From positions 1 through 49,933 of the forward strand of contig JAAEPA010000156.1 in the NCBI GenBank assembly GCA_024222475.1: a stretch of DNA of 49,933 nt. Reading direction: 5' to 3'. A model generated the notes under the pieces. It saw only the letters and a program-made list of their open reading frames with translations. It was not told the DNA's origin and searched no databases. Made by a program: the position numbers and the translations under genes. Below are positions 49,792-49,933 of this stretch, one piece after another (positions within the stretch are counted from its first letter, which is position 1; each line of letters begins with the position of its first letter). The DNA comes from Gammaproteobacteria bacterium (lineage in GTDB: Bacteria; Pseudomonadota; Gammaproteobacteria; JAAEPA01).

Positions 49792-49933
49792 ACCACCTAC
49801 TGTGGTCGTGGATTTAAGGACTTTACTCAGAGTGGTTTCTCGGAAGGATCAAGTTTGGCTGGAGCGAAGATACAGGTTTGCTGTTGGGTACGCAATGATT
49901 ATACGCGCGACAAATATCTTTTTAAGATGAATA

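Noticed and set aside
49244-49930. 228-aa plus-strand ORF
   Set aside because: It is antisense to murJ over almost its whole length, with an Arg/Lys/Pro-rich shadow-frame composition.
1-49933. CRISPR arrays, rRNA/tRNA genes, transposases, integrases other than xerC, prophage genes, toxin-antitoxin or defence-system genes
   Set aside because: Reading the intergenic DNA and all ORFs of 60 aa or more found no regularly spaced direct repeats, no tRNA cloverleaf candidates and no ORFs with such motifs. A tRNAscan/Infernal/defence-finder run would be needed to exclude them formally.

Overview
Chromosomal window from a gammaproteobacterium. Nearly every gene sits in a housekeeping block whose order matches Pseudomonas or E. 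coli: algR-algZ/argH; lptM-lysA-(ECF sigma/anti-sigma)-dapF-DUF484-xerC; hslV-hslU; DUF971-ubiE-ubiJ-ubiB-uvrD; polA/engB/cytochrome c4/dsbA/EEP-family protein; fimU-pilV-pilW-pilX-pilY1-pilE; ispH-fkpB-lspA-ileS-ribF-murJ. No rRNA, tRNA, CRISPR array, transposase or prophage gene is visible. All assignments come from reading motifs in the supplied translations and from gene order. No database search was run. Six things are not explained by ordinary housekeeping annotation. (1) The PilY1 pilus-tip adhesin is unusually large (~1750 aa) and carries three tandem ~90-aa modules, possibly H-type-lectin-like, inside its vWA domain, plus acidic Ca-binding-like loops. (2) A complete DSF-type signalling cluster (rpfG-rpfC convergent with rpfF, no rpfB) lies between the binding-protein gene and the convergently oriented permease genes of one TRAP transporter. 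Its RpfC carries an extra degenerate receiver domain. (3) The polA-engB spacer holds a structured candidate sRNA of about 120 nt with CU-rich loops, a sigmaE/AlgU-like promoter and an intrinsic terminator. This is the position occupied by Spot 42 in E. coli and ErsA in Pseudomonas. (4) A family of MITE/REP-like repeats is present, and one copy splits hslV from hslU. (5) The small lipoprotein gene lptM is out of frame at a T9 tract. (6) An ECF sigma/anti-sigma pair is inserted between lysA and dapF. The first ~900 bp has no convincing gene. I see no clear novel multi-gene system such as a defence island. The PilY1 insertion and the sRNA are the best candidates for undescribed biology.
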